From Diadema antillarum (taxonomy: Eukaryota), in assembly GCF_040938485.1 (NCBI RefSeq), contig NW_027271035.1:2480001-2544000 (forward strand): 64,000 nucleotides of DNA. Direction: 5' to 3'. A program made the translations under genes and the position numbers. Shown here piece by piece: positions 13,539-25,600 of the stretch. Numbering within the stretch: the stretch's first letter is position 1; every line of letters begins with the position of its first letter. Under the pieces are notes generated by a model, which saw nothing but the letters and a program-made list of their open reading frames with translations, was not told where the DNA came from and searched no databases.

Positions 13539-14250
13539 CGTATCTTTATCTGTCAATCCACTTGAAAAGCAATATAGACTTCTACTCTAAATGACCCATT
13601 TGTGTTTTTATTGAATTTTATTTTCTTTTGCGTATCGGCGGGGTGTGTTTGTGTGTAATCATAGGCGAAATCCATCATTCTGACAACTTTCTGACAGCTA
13701 GTTGGCTGTCTTTATTGTTGAGGGGAAACGAAACCAGTGACCCCAGCTCCTCAATAAATTGTTATTTTCGTAGTCAAGTCATATCTTTCTCGCTAGTCTT
13801 ATCAATAGCGTATAACTACAGCATGTAGATTAGATGTCCTTACGTGCATTTCCGTAGATTTGCATAACAAAAGAATGGATCATGAGACTCGGAGAAACCT
13901 TAGGTCATTGTTCAAGCTGCGTTTGACAAAAAAGGAGCAAGCCTTGATTTGATTTATTTGATTTATCTATTTCTGAATTTTTCACAGATTAAGTATTGCA
14001 TTACAGTGAATTCTGCCAAGAACAATAACTAGATATTGCGTATACAAATCACACAATATGTACTAAAATGTACCAATTTGACATTAACAATTAAATCAGT
14101 TATTACAGAGAAATTTAGGAGATCGCCATCTTAGGCGAACTTGAGTTTTACTTTGATGGCGTCCTCTGAAAAGAATGCGTATGAGTAATTTGCCATTGCA
14201 TATAAAATTTGTAATAATACTTATTGTGGGGGAAAAATTTAGTATATATA

Positions 14251-14781
14251 CACTGCAAAAAGTCCGGTGTTAAATAGTGAACACCGAGCTGGTGTTAAAT
14301 TTTCGGTGCTCATTTATGGTGTTGAATTAACACCTCCGGGTGTCATTTCCAAATTTTAAACTGTTTTTTGAAGAGTTTCTTAGTAACTGCACTTCTTGTT
14401 GATTTTTAATTCAAACAAGACGATCAAGAATTCTACATTGAAATACTAGATTTTTGAAAAAATGTGAAATTAAATTTACACCAAAGTAACACCAGCTGGT
14501 GTGGTATCTTATTGAAGCTGGACGGGTGTTAAACCATTGATATTAACACCAACAAATATCAAATCAACACCATGTGGTGTCATTTTTTAATTAACACCAG
14601 TACAGTGTCAAAATAACACCAGGTACAGTGTCAAATTAACACCAAGAAGTGTCAGGTGAACACTTTTCAACACCATCACAGTGCATTTTCAACACCTGTG
14701 GGTGTGGTCCTTTATTGAAGTTTGATCGGTGTTAGATTTATTACCCGTGGTGTTAAATCTAACACCGATGTTTTTACAGTG
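14251..14781. mobile_element. CACTA/EnSpm-type (CMC) MITE
   Basis: Termini CACTGCAAAAA...TTTTTACAGTG, TA on both sides, many internal AACACC/GGTGTT repeats. Confidence 0.8.
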
Positions 14782-14921
14782 TATAAACAAAACAAAAAAA
14801 AAAACATTTGCGCATATAGCCTAGGTGAGTGCGTGGATAGATATGCAGTTGTTTGGGGAAGGATTTGGTATGGATTGTATGCATCCAAGTCAAACATTTG
14901 TGTATATGTAAGTATCATTTG

Positions 14922-15054
14922 CAGTGGCGGATCCAGAAAGGGGCGCACCGGGCGCGTTCCCCCTCTTTTTTCTTTTTTCTTTTTTCTTTTTTCTTTTTTT
15001 TTTTTTGGGGGGGGGGGTTCAAACAAAAGAAATAAAAAGAAAAACCCGCCCCTG
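14922..15054. mobile_element. hAT-like MITE (CAGTGGCGGATCCAG family)
   Basis: CAGTGGCGGATCCAGAAAGG ... AACCCGCCCCTG. Confidence 0.6.
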
Positions 15055-16945
15055 CGTTGTGCGTATACGAATATGCACACAGCTTGTGTACTACTGTATG
15101 TGAATTTGTATTAATGTGAGTGTGTGTGAATGTGTGTGTGTGTGGGGGGGGGGGGCATTGTGTCATTTCGGTGAATATGATAAACCGCGTATGTCTGTAT
15201 AAACTGTGTATATGTCTTAGCATGAACTATCATAGTATTCTGATATGTTTCTAATGGGGATGAGACCAAGCGATAAACAGACAATATTTTATGCAGATCA
15301 GAGAAGTGGAGAAAATCATGGAATTTGGTAGGTTGACATGTTTTGTTTTGCTGTGTTTTTTTGACCACATTAAACAAGGCGATGGTACCATCAATTCACT
15401 AATTCAAAACGATTTTTCATATATTGGAAAATATTATTGCATAAATTATTTTCATTGATAACTTGGTAGCTTACCTAGATCTTAAAAGACAAGTTATTAA
15501 TATCTATTCATTAAAACACTTCGAATCAAAAGGAATTTCAGTAAGGCGTTGTTTGCAGATAAATGAAAGACTTTGGATTCAGTCACATCATCATCATCTC
15601 GTCCATATATTATGTAAGTGTAAATGAAATTACTATTTCGTCAAGATATTTGCAACCTTGTATTTCAATACCTCTCTCTGTCTGTCTATCTGTCTGTCTA
15701 TCTCTCTGACAGTAAGTGCATGCTTTATATTTTGGTGATAAGACAAGAATTCTGGCTCGCAGATAATCGAGCTGCGCTCTCTAAACGTGGTTCCTGTTTA
15801 AATAGGCCTATCTACACATGTAACAGAAATAGACTCCAAATTTCACTGAATTAGAGTTGCGAGCAATCTTCCCCATTTCACGAGCTGTGAATGTCACTTA
15901 GAAGGGCATCACTGGTTTCCATGCGAGCCAGCAAAAATAGACAAACAGCTTAACAAACAATTGTGCGTGATAACAGCTGCATCCAACATGAACATGTGAA
16001 GACAGCGGGGCATCACGATCACGGACAGGAAGTGGTCAACAGAGTTCTGTAGATGGTAATGATGGTTGTAGGCGTGGTTGTGGTGACGGTAGGTGAGATG
16101 GCGCTGTCACCAATTAAATACGGAACAGGAATTCCTCGCGTGATTGGTGATTTTAAGAACTGACAAAATAATATAAGCCCCGGATCATGAAGAGGGTGGA
16201 AATATGAAGAGCTTGATCGCAAAACGAAATAACTCCATTTGTGTCAATTTGAAATGTTTGCGATTAAGGCTGCTTAAAAAAACACGAAGTAAATTATTGG
16301 AAACTATGGGATGTTTTTGTCCATAACCTCAAGATAGAATGCTCCTTCTTCAACAAGTGAGGTATCACCACGACGGTTTTATTTTGCTCTGATAACGGAC
16401 TTACTTTGAGATGTCTAAAAATGGTACTTAATCCGTTTTTCGATCAAATTTTTCATACCGTCATTTATTTGTTGGAACTAGGAGCACGTACAACTTCCTA
16501 TTCTCGGTAAACATATTTGCACGTTACGTACGTCTGTTTTATTCGGCATTTTCTCCTTATTTTCATAATTACTGTCCATATTCACGGCAAGGCAGTAATC
16601 CTTGCGGTACCTATGGCTAATGGATGTACATAGTTGCATAGGTGGCGTTAAGTGTGTGTGATGGTGGCACATGTGTAGATTAGGTAGTACGCGATGTGCT
16701 TGTGGTGGCAGTTACTGTAAAATACTAGTACTGTGTNNNNNNNNNNNNNNNNNNNNNNNNNNNNNNNNNNNNNNNNNNNNNNNNNNNNNNNNNNNNNNNN
16801 NNNNNNNNNNNNNNNNNNNNNNNNNNNNNNNNNNNNNNNNNNNNNNNNNNNNNNNNNNNNNNNNNNNNNNNNNNNNNNNNNNNNNNNTAGGAGTAGGTAT
16901 GCCACAAGTAGATGAAAACTTATTGGGCATTCTTGGTGTGTGCAT

Positions 16946-16950
<5 letters not shown>

Positions 16951-16996
<46 letters not shown>
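16951..16996. repeat. (GT)n microsatellite
   Basis: Direct reading. Confidence 0.95.
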
Positions 16997-16998
<2 letters not shown>

Positions 16999-17283
16999 GT
17001 GTGTAAAACACACTTTCTGTAACATCAGAATAGTGTTAATAACTTTGTTCTAAAGTATAAAAGGTTATCACCTGTATTTACACTTGAGGATATATCTACA
17101 TCATTTTAAGATTTGAAGTAGTTTAAGAATAATCAATAGGAATTTGTTCATTAATACACAAGTCAAATGATTTCAATGCCAAACATGTCAATACATGTCT
17201 ACATAACATACAAATTAATGTCAACAGAATTGTACATTATCTGTCTATCACGCCATCTACCTATCAATCAATATATTATTCGC

Positions 17284-17694
17284 TTTATATTCCACATCTA
17301 GGGTCCTAGAAATTCCCATTTTATTCCACATCTGAAACCATTTCAGCTGTCTTTAGGTATCCTTAGGCTTAGGCTACATGTGGGCGTAGATGACAAAACA
17401 ATGAATTTGCTGCGCGCACTGCGTGGCACCGAAATGAAAGTGCGTTGCACTGTGTACTATCAAGTGACCTAGGTCACATGATAGTCCACGGTGCAACGCA
17501 CTTTTATTTCGCGCGTATTCATCTTGCGTTAGGATTGTGTGGACTGTGTGGAGATCAGCGAAACAAAAGGGACTATCAACATAGAGTGTAACGAACTTTT
17601 CTTCTCAGGTGATGTGATGGGCAAAACTACACGTCATCACGTGATGAGCTCTGGACCAATCCTATTGCAACATTCTTAGTATGTGGAATATAAA
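17284..17694. mobile_element. Unclassified element with 14-bp inverted termini and a 78-bp internal palindrome
   Basis: TTTATATTCCACAT (17284-17297) / ATGTGGAATATAAA (17681-17694); palindrome 17432-17509 centred on GTGACCT-AGGTCAC. Confidence 0.55.
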
Positions 17695-17963
17695 TCTATA
17701 TATCTGTATATCATATACACAGTCACTTGCTTATCTATCCATATCATCATTTATTCACCTATTCAGTGCTGATGTCTATCATAATTGTCATGCATGCAGG
17801 TCACTCAAATTACTTACAAAGCACCTGTTCTGTTATTTAAAAAAAAAACATGAAAAAAAAATGTCATGATGTTGGAAAGGACTCTGGCTACACACATACA
17901 GTCTCTATTACAAACATATGTCACAGAGATTACCACTAGAAACAGATTTCATGAAGTATTAAC

Positions 17964-17969
17964 TTTATT
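17964..17969 (-). terminator. Candidate AK8 polyadenylation signal (AATAAA on minus strand)
   Basis: Plus-strand tttatt about 1.4 kb downstream of the AK8 stop; the first canonical hexamer I found in that direction. Confidence 0.45.
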
Positions 17970-19370
17970 ACATTTACAAATTTGTACAAATATTTTTCCT
18001 GTATCTTGCAAGGAAAATAATATAATTTGTCACTGAAGACAATAACATTGACCAGTCTAAGACACACATAACTATGGAACTGGGAATACCATTTGAAGAA
18101 ACACATACATTTTGTACACCAATGTTATTTACAATTGTTTCACAGATAAAAATAGACATTTGACAAAGGTTTGATATAATTAAAACTTGAAAAAATATGT
18201 TGGGCAAACAGTTTCCTCTGCTGTCACTGCATGGCAAACCATGAATTGTACAAACACAAAAAATTAATCATCTTTACATTACAGGATGAAGGACTATTTT
18301 TATCCACAAACCATTCCTTATGAATGTGAGATGAACCAAACCAAGGCATTCAAAAGAATGTGATGAAAACCAAGGCATTACAAAGAATTATTGTTTCTTT
18401 CTTTGTTTCTCATTGGTACACGGAGGACTGTATGCAGAAATTATAAACCGGGGATGTTTCATTTACTGGAGAGCAGTCCACATGAAGGGGGCAATTTAGA
18501 GAATATGCCGAGTCATGAGAGTGCTGTGTGTATCATGTAGATTTCCACACATTTTGTCATCTGTGAAGCCGCACTGTATTCCAAGTGTCACTCAAAAAGG
18601 GTATCAAGTGAAGAGGACAGTCCATTATGCAATACTTTCAACAAGCCTGCGATGCTTTAAATGAATACTTGCAGCCCTTAAAAACAGGCTATATCATGTC
18701 CATATAAGTTTTGTTTTTCTTAAACGGAAAATAGTATAGATCACCTTATGTCAAAGAGATATATCTACCTCAGTCAAAACATATTTGATCCAATGCACTC
18801 CGGTATGTACGGGGCAATGAGGAGCGATGGCATATACAGTGTATAAGACAAGTCCACAAAGATAAAATAATTGTTTGATGACTTCCAAAGAAAGTTGGAT
18901 GAGGGCTAGGCTCAGAAAGAAAAGCCAGACAAAGCCAGCATGTGTTGCTTATTTTCTATCATATATTTCTCAGAAAGGCAAATTCACATGGTAAAGACTG
19001 CATTGTGTACAGATAAAGTCATCCTGATACTTCAGATTTTATGGCAAAATTGAATCAAAATTGAAAAAAAGAAAGTTGCTAACAAATTCCATTACTCAGG
19101 GGAGACTGGTCCAGGTATTAAATGTCTAAAAAAACTCAGAAGCAACATACATATAACGTGTTTCATCTGAGTTTGCATAAAAGCAACTGTAAAAAAAAAA
19201 GAATGAAAAAAACTAGGATAACACATTTCATCAGGGACGTAAGAGAGGTTGGCCCATTTGTGTGTTAGTCTGTGATGAGACAAACATTTCTGCATCTCAT
19301 CAAAGTTCATCTTAGGATCATGGGAACTGGGAGAAGGAGAACAGAACACACAGGTCTCGCTCTCATCCTC

Positions 19371-19698
19371 TCATTCCTGAGCGGGTAGTTTCCGTGGCAA
19401 CGGGCTGACCAGCATGCTTTCCACAGACTCAAACACCGTATGGGGGTCCTGGTCGGCGTTGATGTGCTGCGCGTCTTCGTAGAAGTCGCCAATCTCCTCG
19501 GCATAGGTGTAGTACGCAGACAGGCGGTTGCGGATAGTCTCCTCAAAGTCGGTCGGGTGCTGGGCAAGACGCTCCTTGATGTCCGACGTCGGGGCGGGGT
19601 TGTACAGAGCATGGAAGCGGTTGCCCGTGACAACGTCCAGGGAGCGCATGGTCAGACGCTCGTAGACAGAATCATTGGGGACATCCAGGAAGAACACT
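19371..19698 (-). CDS. AK8: AK8 exon 10 (terminal)
   Basis: [47 protein letters not shown]. Confidence 0.94.
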
Positions 19699-22600
19699 CT
19701 GGGTGAAGAAAGAAAGTCAAGAAAGGAATACACAAATCAGTTTCCTTCCTCTAATAGGCAGAGATAGTGAAGACTACACATTCAGACAGCTTTAGGACAA
19801 ATGGAATGTGATTAAAATTCATATTTCATGAATAAAAGTCAACTATTTCTTTTAGTCACCATTTCACAGCTCTTCCTTCTACACAATTACTACAACAATC
19901 TGTGCTGCTGAAAATGATGCACAACTTTGATACCAAGAACTTGCGGAGGTAAGAATATTAACTTCCGGCGTTTAGCTATAATCTGAAATTATTTATGCCA
20001 TAGATGACAAAAGAAGAAAAAGAATGTGCTACACATTCTCATCAATTTCATTGCAGTTTTCTTTCACCTTATTCAGGGCTTGACACTTATATTTTTCTCA
20101 AGTGACTCATTTGAGCCACTCAAATCTTAAATTTAAAATTTTGGCGACCTGGAAAGAAATGTATTGGCACATAATAAAAGGAAACATAACAATCCATTTT
20201 GAATCTAAGCTACCCAACCAAGCCACCAAAAGATGATCTTGGTGGAAATTTGGTGGCCTGACACCAATTTCTAGCGGTCCCGGGCCATTGATAATGTCGA
20301 GCCCTGCTTTATTTACATGTCATTGCAAATTACAGAACAGCGAAATCTCTGATGCTAAGCCTAGCCAGTAGTAGCTGCAAGAGCATGTTTCTTTTATAGG
20401 AGTAGGAAAAGTTTGCTTCTTTCTCAACTCCACAACTCACCTGTTTGGCTCGTGTCCTGCTGCTGTGAGGTTCTCCGCCTGCTCCCTCGTCCGGGGAAAG
20501 CCTCGGAGCACCCAGCCTCGTGTGGAACAGTCAATCTGGCTCAGCCTCTCATCCAGGATTTTCAGCATCAGGTTATCAGGGACTAGTGAGTGAGGGGAGA
20601 GAGCAAGATGAAAACATGACCCTCTTTGCATTGATCAACCATGTGACATATTGGTGCAGAATGATAATTGGAGGCAACTACATTTAAACAACCTATCCAG
20701 ACACTATTGTCTGTTATCCACAGCCTGTATGATGATGATTGTTGGTGTGTGTGTGTGTGTGTTTGTGTGTGTGCTCTTTTTAAAGACATTCATTTCATTT
20801 AATCATTTTCTTTTAACCATTTCACGTACTTGGTAGAAGAATGATATTGACATTCATTTTCTTTGTTATTGCCATAAGCACTAAAATCTTTAGGCGAGTC
20901 ACCACTGAAGGCATTTGGAAACTGGCCAAGCAGTTTGGTCAGCAGAACGAGCAAAAGAAGAAGACAAAAACAAAAACGTTCAATAATGTTTTTATTCTTA
21001 ATTCCTCCGACAGATAGTGACTTACCAAGCATGTTCCTCTCAACGTATGGTTTGATAGCCTCTCCAATCTTGGACTCATTAGAGATGGCTTCTTTGACAA
21101 GCTGTCCTGAGGAAACTAGAAAGACAAACAGACAATAAAAAATACATGAGTATATAGAGGTTCAAGTCTTGACTCGATGTACGTTTGTTGTTACTGAAAT
21201 TTTTGCATGATAACTGTGTGGCTCAGACAGCTAAAGCTACAGAAACAGGCTACTTTACTTAAAGTGTCAAGTTTTCACTATTAAAACAATTTGTGTACTG
21301 AAAATCATTATTTATCAGCAATGTACAGCACTGTTCTTGCGCTGTGTACATTCTCACTAAATTCTTTGCAGAACAGTTGTCCTTTCTATTATGCAGCATG
21401 GTCCCTCAACACTGTCAACTGTGGCAAGTTAGACAATTAAATTGAAAATAATTGAGTTTTGATTTATTTTACATGGCTTCAGGGCAAGTAAATGCTTAAT
21501 AGTGAAAAGAACGAGAGGACTGATTGCTTGAAGTGGCCTTGGAAGGACTAGGAGACCAAGGAACTTAGGATTCAGACTCTGACAATAGCCTCCTCAATTT
21601 CTCTTAAAGGGACACAACGGAGTCATGAATATCAAAATAATGGTGAAATAGAGTAAAATGATTGCCACTTATCATAAGCATCGCAAAAAAAAAGAGGAAA
21701 GTGATAAAAAAGAGAAAACAAAAGAATTGCATGTATTCACGAGTACTTATGAAGGAATTGCCATTTGGAGCCGGACCAGTCACCACTCGTGGGTCTCAGC
21801 TACTCAGTACATTATGTGTGGAGACAGGCCTAGTGGGGAAAATGGAGGAGAGAAAGAGATTCACATACCATTGATGATGTTGTATTTGCTGGCCAAGAGA
21901 GCAGCCTGGACACTCTTGCCACTGCCTGTGGGGCCGAGGAGAATGATGCGGGGGTTGTGAGGGGCCAGCGACCGTGGCTTAGAGCTCAAGAAGGTGGTCA
22001 CTGCAGGGAGGAATGAAAAATAGACAACATGAGAATACACATAAAAGGTACAGGATGACTTACTAATAATTGAACAGATTTTAACCAAGTGTCATTAATG
22101 TACAGGTATTTACTATTCCATAATGTAAATCAATATATACATTTACTTCATTAATGTCAATGTAACATGATACCTTTACTGAAGACACCTCCATTTTCAT
22201 TTTTTTTTTTTGGGGGGGGGGAGACATTTCTTCAGCAAATTTGTAGCCTATTTCTTTTTATTTGATATAATGAATCAACAAAATACATCATGCTGTAGAA
22301 AACGAAAAATGTGACTTATAGGGAACAGAAGATAAACTCCTGTTTTGAATATCTGAGACCTTCTTCGTTAAAGCTATAAACTAGAATGGCGGAAGCTCAT
22401 TCTTGCTATGGAACTACTGGAAGTGAAGTGAATCGCTGAACAATACGTGAATCAATAGCTAGCTCTTCTCCGTACCCTGCGAGTAAACATCAGCTTTGGG
22501 CTGGTCAGCGTTAATGGCCTTGGTGTACTTCTCAAAGGCTGTCTGCAGCCCTGGGATGAATCGGTGGTACAGGACCAGACGGTCCACCATGGCAGCTTCC

Positions 22601-25600
22601 CCGCATCCTTCGGGGGGCTCAACAAGTCGCCTCTCCACATCTGCACTGCTTGGATAGTCAAACGTTGTGTGGTACACGTCTGGGTGATGAAAAGTGAAAG
22701 AGGGGAAGGAGGTAAGAGGACAATTCTGCTTGGTAATGAGACAGACACATATAATGTTATATTTCATTTCATAAACAGGTTTCTGGTTCTGTCCAGTAAG
22801 ATAAGTACGTTTACTCAATTTTGCTGTTAAACATGAAAAAGCCAATGCATACAATTACAAAATTACAAAATATTTCAGATGCTTTTAGCTAGCTACCCCT
22901 TCCCCCACAAAATAATAATGTAGCTGTTAAAAAAGCTTGACAAAGCCACTAAAGTGTGAAAACTGCAACAGCTGGGCACAAAGACCATTTTGACACATCA
23001 GTAATTTGGAAGATGACATATTCCCAACAGTCAATCAGCAGCAAATGCAACAAAAGGTTCACTAAATGAAGTTTAAAGTTATACACAAGAAAAGAAGAGA
23101 CGCAAATGATATGCAATGGATAATGCATACATGTATGAGGATACCACTATAGGTCTGCACGATATTGCAAATGCATGTCCATACAAGAATTTGTGACCAG
23201 TGGACATGGGAATTTATCACAATGCAAAATATATTTCTCCTACTACATCACCATAATGAATTGATGAAATCACATATAATTGAGCGCTACATATTACTAA
23301 CCTCCGGTTTCTGGATCAATTCTCTTTCCCATTTGCCGTTCAATGAGCACTGTATCAGGAGCTTCCAGGATAACTGACAGGAAAAAATATGAAGTAAATC
23401 TTCTAGCATAAATTCATGTCACCATTTTCCACTCAAAGGCAGAATTGGCTTCCTGATTAAAAAAAAAAATCTAAAAAATGTCCTCATAGACATTTTACAA
23501 AGCTCATTTTCATCCAGGTACTGAATGAAATGTGACATATTTAACGTCATCCACATGATTTAAGCACAACAAATTCTTGGTGAAACATCCAAGAATGAGC
23601 ACCAATTTTATATTCACAGTTCTGTAGACATTGTGGCACTTGGGACAGCAAACGCACCATTGCTAAATTATGACATAGTTCCGTGATAATATACACAAAC
23701 TGATTATAATTGTAGCAAGACGATAATAGGAAGTCAAATCTTGAAATATTACTTAATACATTGTACACCGTACACAAAGGGTAGTGCATTACTGGTTGGT
23801 CATGCATCTCACTCCTATCTGGACAGTAAGGAATAAATAACTACGCATTGACAGCCGTGAGAGATTCATCCAGCCAATCTCAATGTACATGTACCGGTGC
23901 ACAAAAAGATGTGAATCCATCAAACATGCCACTGGCAAGTCAAATGAATAAGTAAACAATGGCAGTATAGAGTACCGAAGTGATGATGTCACAGTCTTTT
24001 TTTTTAAAACTTAGTGCTGGTTCCACAAGAAATACCCTTGCACAAGCCTTCAGGCAATGGGTTGGAACAAGGTATAAGGATGGTTAGCAACCATTGCGTT
24101 CACTGATATTCGGGTTACATGAGGTTATTTAGAACCAGAGTCCATGGCAATGAATGGCTATGATGTCACACTTTGGTACGCTATACAGCCTTGCAGCAGC
24201 TGGAAACTTGGCACGTCACCAGAGGATAGCCTTACCAAAGTGCTTGGGGCTAACACCAATCTCCTGCAGGGCCAATGCCTGTTCCCTTGTGTCTGGAAAC
24301 CCATCGAACACCCAGCCTTTCCTCACACAGTCAAAGAGCTTCACCCGGTTCTGGATCAACTCCACCCACACTGGCGTTGGCACAGGCTGAAGGGTCAGAG
24401 ATGAGTGAAAGTGGTAGAGTGTTAGGAATCTCTTTGACAAGGAAATTAAAAGATGGCCAGTTTCTAGTTAAACAAGTTCAGCATGTGACTGTATACATTT
24501 GCAGCCTACCTAATTCACATGCGATATTCAAGTACCATACAGATGGAACAAGTAGATGATTGCATAATGCAAGGACCATGAGACGAATACTGCGTAGCAA
24601 TGTGTCACTTGTACATTCCTTGTAACACTGTCATTGTGAAGAGTTCTATCTTCTTAACACACTGAATTTGAGTCTAAATCCCAGTGTGTGGAGACGGGGG
24701 AAGACACATGGTTTGATCACAAACAACACTGTCCGTCCTGCTCTTTCTTTCTGTCACCATCACCCTCAATCCCAAACTCAATGCTATCCTACGGCATCTT
24801 TGATCATAATTTCAAACTGTACAAGCTAAGTCCTAGCCCCAGTTACAACACGTTGTCTCAAACATTTGGACAGAAGATGATGCTTCTATCAACACACTTG
24901 AATGTGTCGTTGTTGTTGTTTTACAAAGAAAAAGAAAAGAAGAGAGAAAAAAAATGGGTCGTTGCATGTTCCATGACACTGCAATAAGATGACAAACAGA
25001 GACAAGGACGTAGTTCAGCCACACTTGTACCCACCTCTCCCTTTGCCTGGTGGGCTTTGGCCTTGGCTGCCACAGCCGAGACATCATCTGAGAGCAAGGT
25101 CTCCTTGCTGATGTATGCTGCCCTCAGCTGGGCACTCACCATACGGGCTATAGTGGTCTTCCCTGAGGCAGGGGGCCCATGAATGATGATTGCTGGTGCT
25201 ACGAGAACATCGCAGTCACAGAGAGAAAGAGAGACAATATTTTGCATAAACTGTTTACATTGTATGGCCTCTTGACAAGATTTATTTTGGAAAGGTTTGT
25301 ACATTCATTAAAATTTGTTTGAACACAGCACTTGACATCAAAACAATTAAAATCAAATGTGGGCTCATGTCAGAGGTTAGGTAAGAAGTAACAGACCGAA
25401 ATATACATGATTCGTAGCTTTCTACACGTACAAATGAAAAGCTACGCTCAGTATGCATATCTTTCACTTGCCTTTAGATCACGGGCTATTATCCCGAGGT
25501 AATTGTAAAATTGTGAACATCATGAGATGGATATGTTCCTCACTCTCAAAACATAATATGTTCAGGTCTGACAATTTATCCTCTTGTTTTATCACACAAA

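Noticed and set aside
16053-16163. Short ORF MVMMVVGVVVVTVGEMALSPIKYGTGIPRVIGDFKN, signal-peptide-like, with a possible donor at about 16093
   Set aside because: The hydrophobicity comes from GTT/GTG/GAT repeats, and no downstream exon could be linked.
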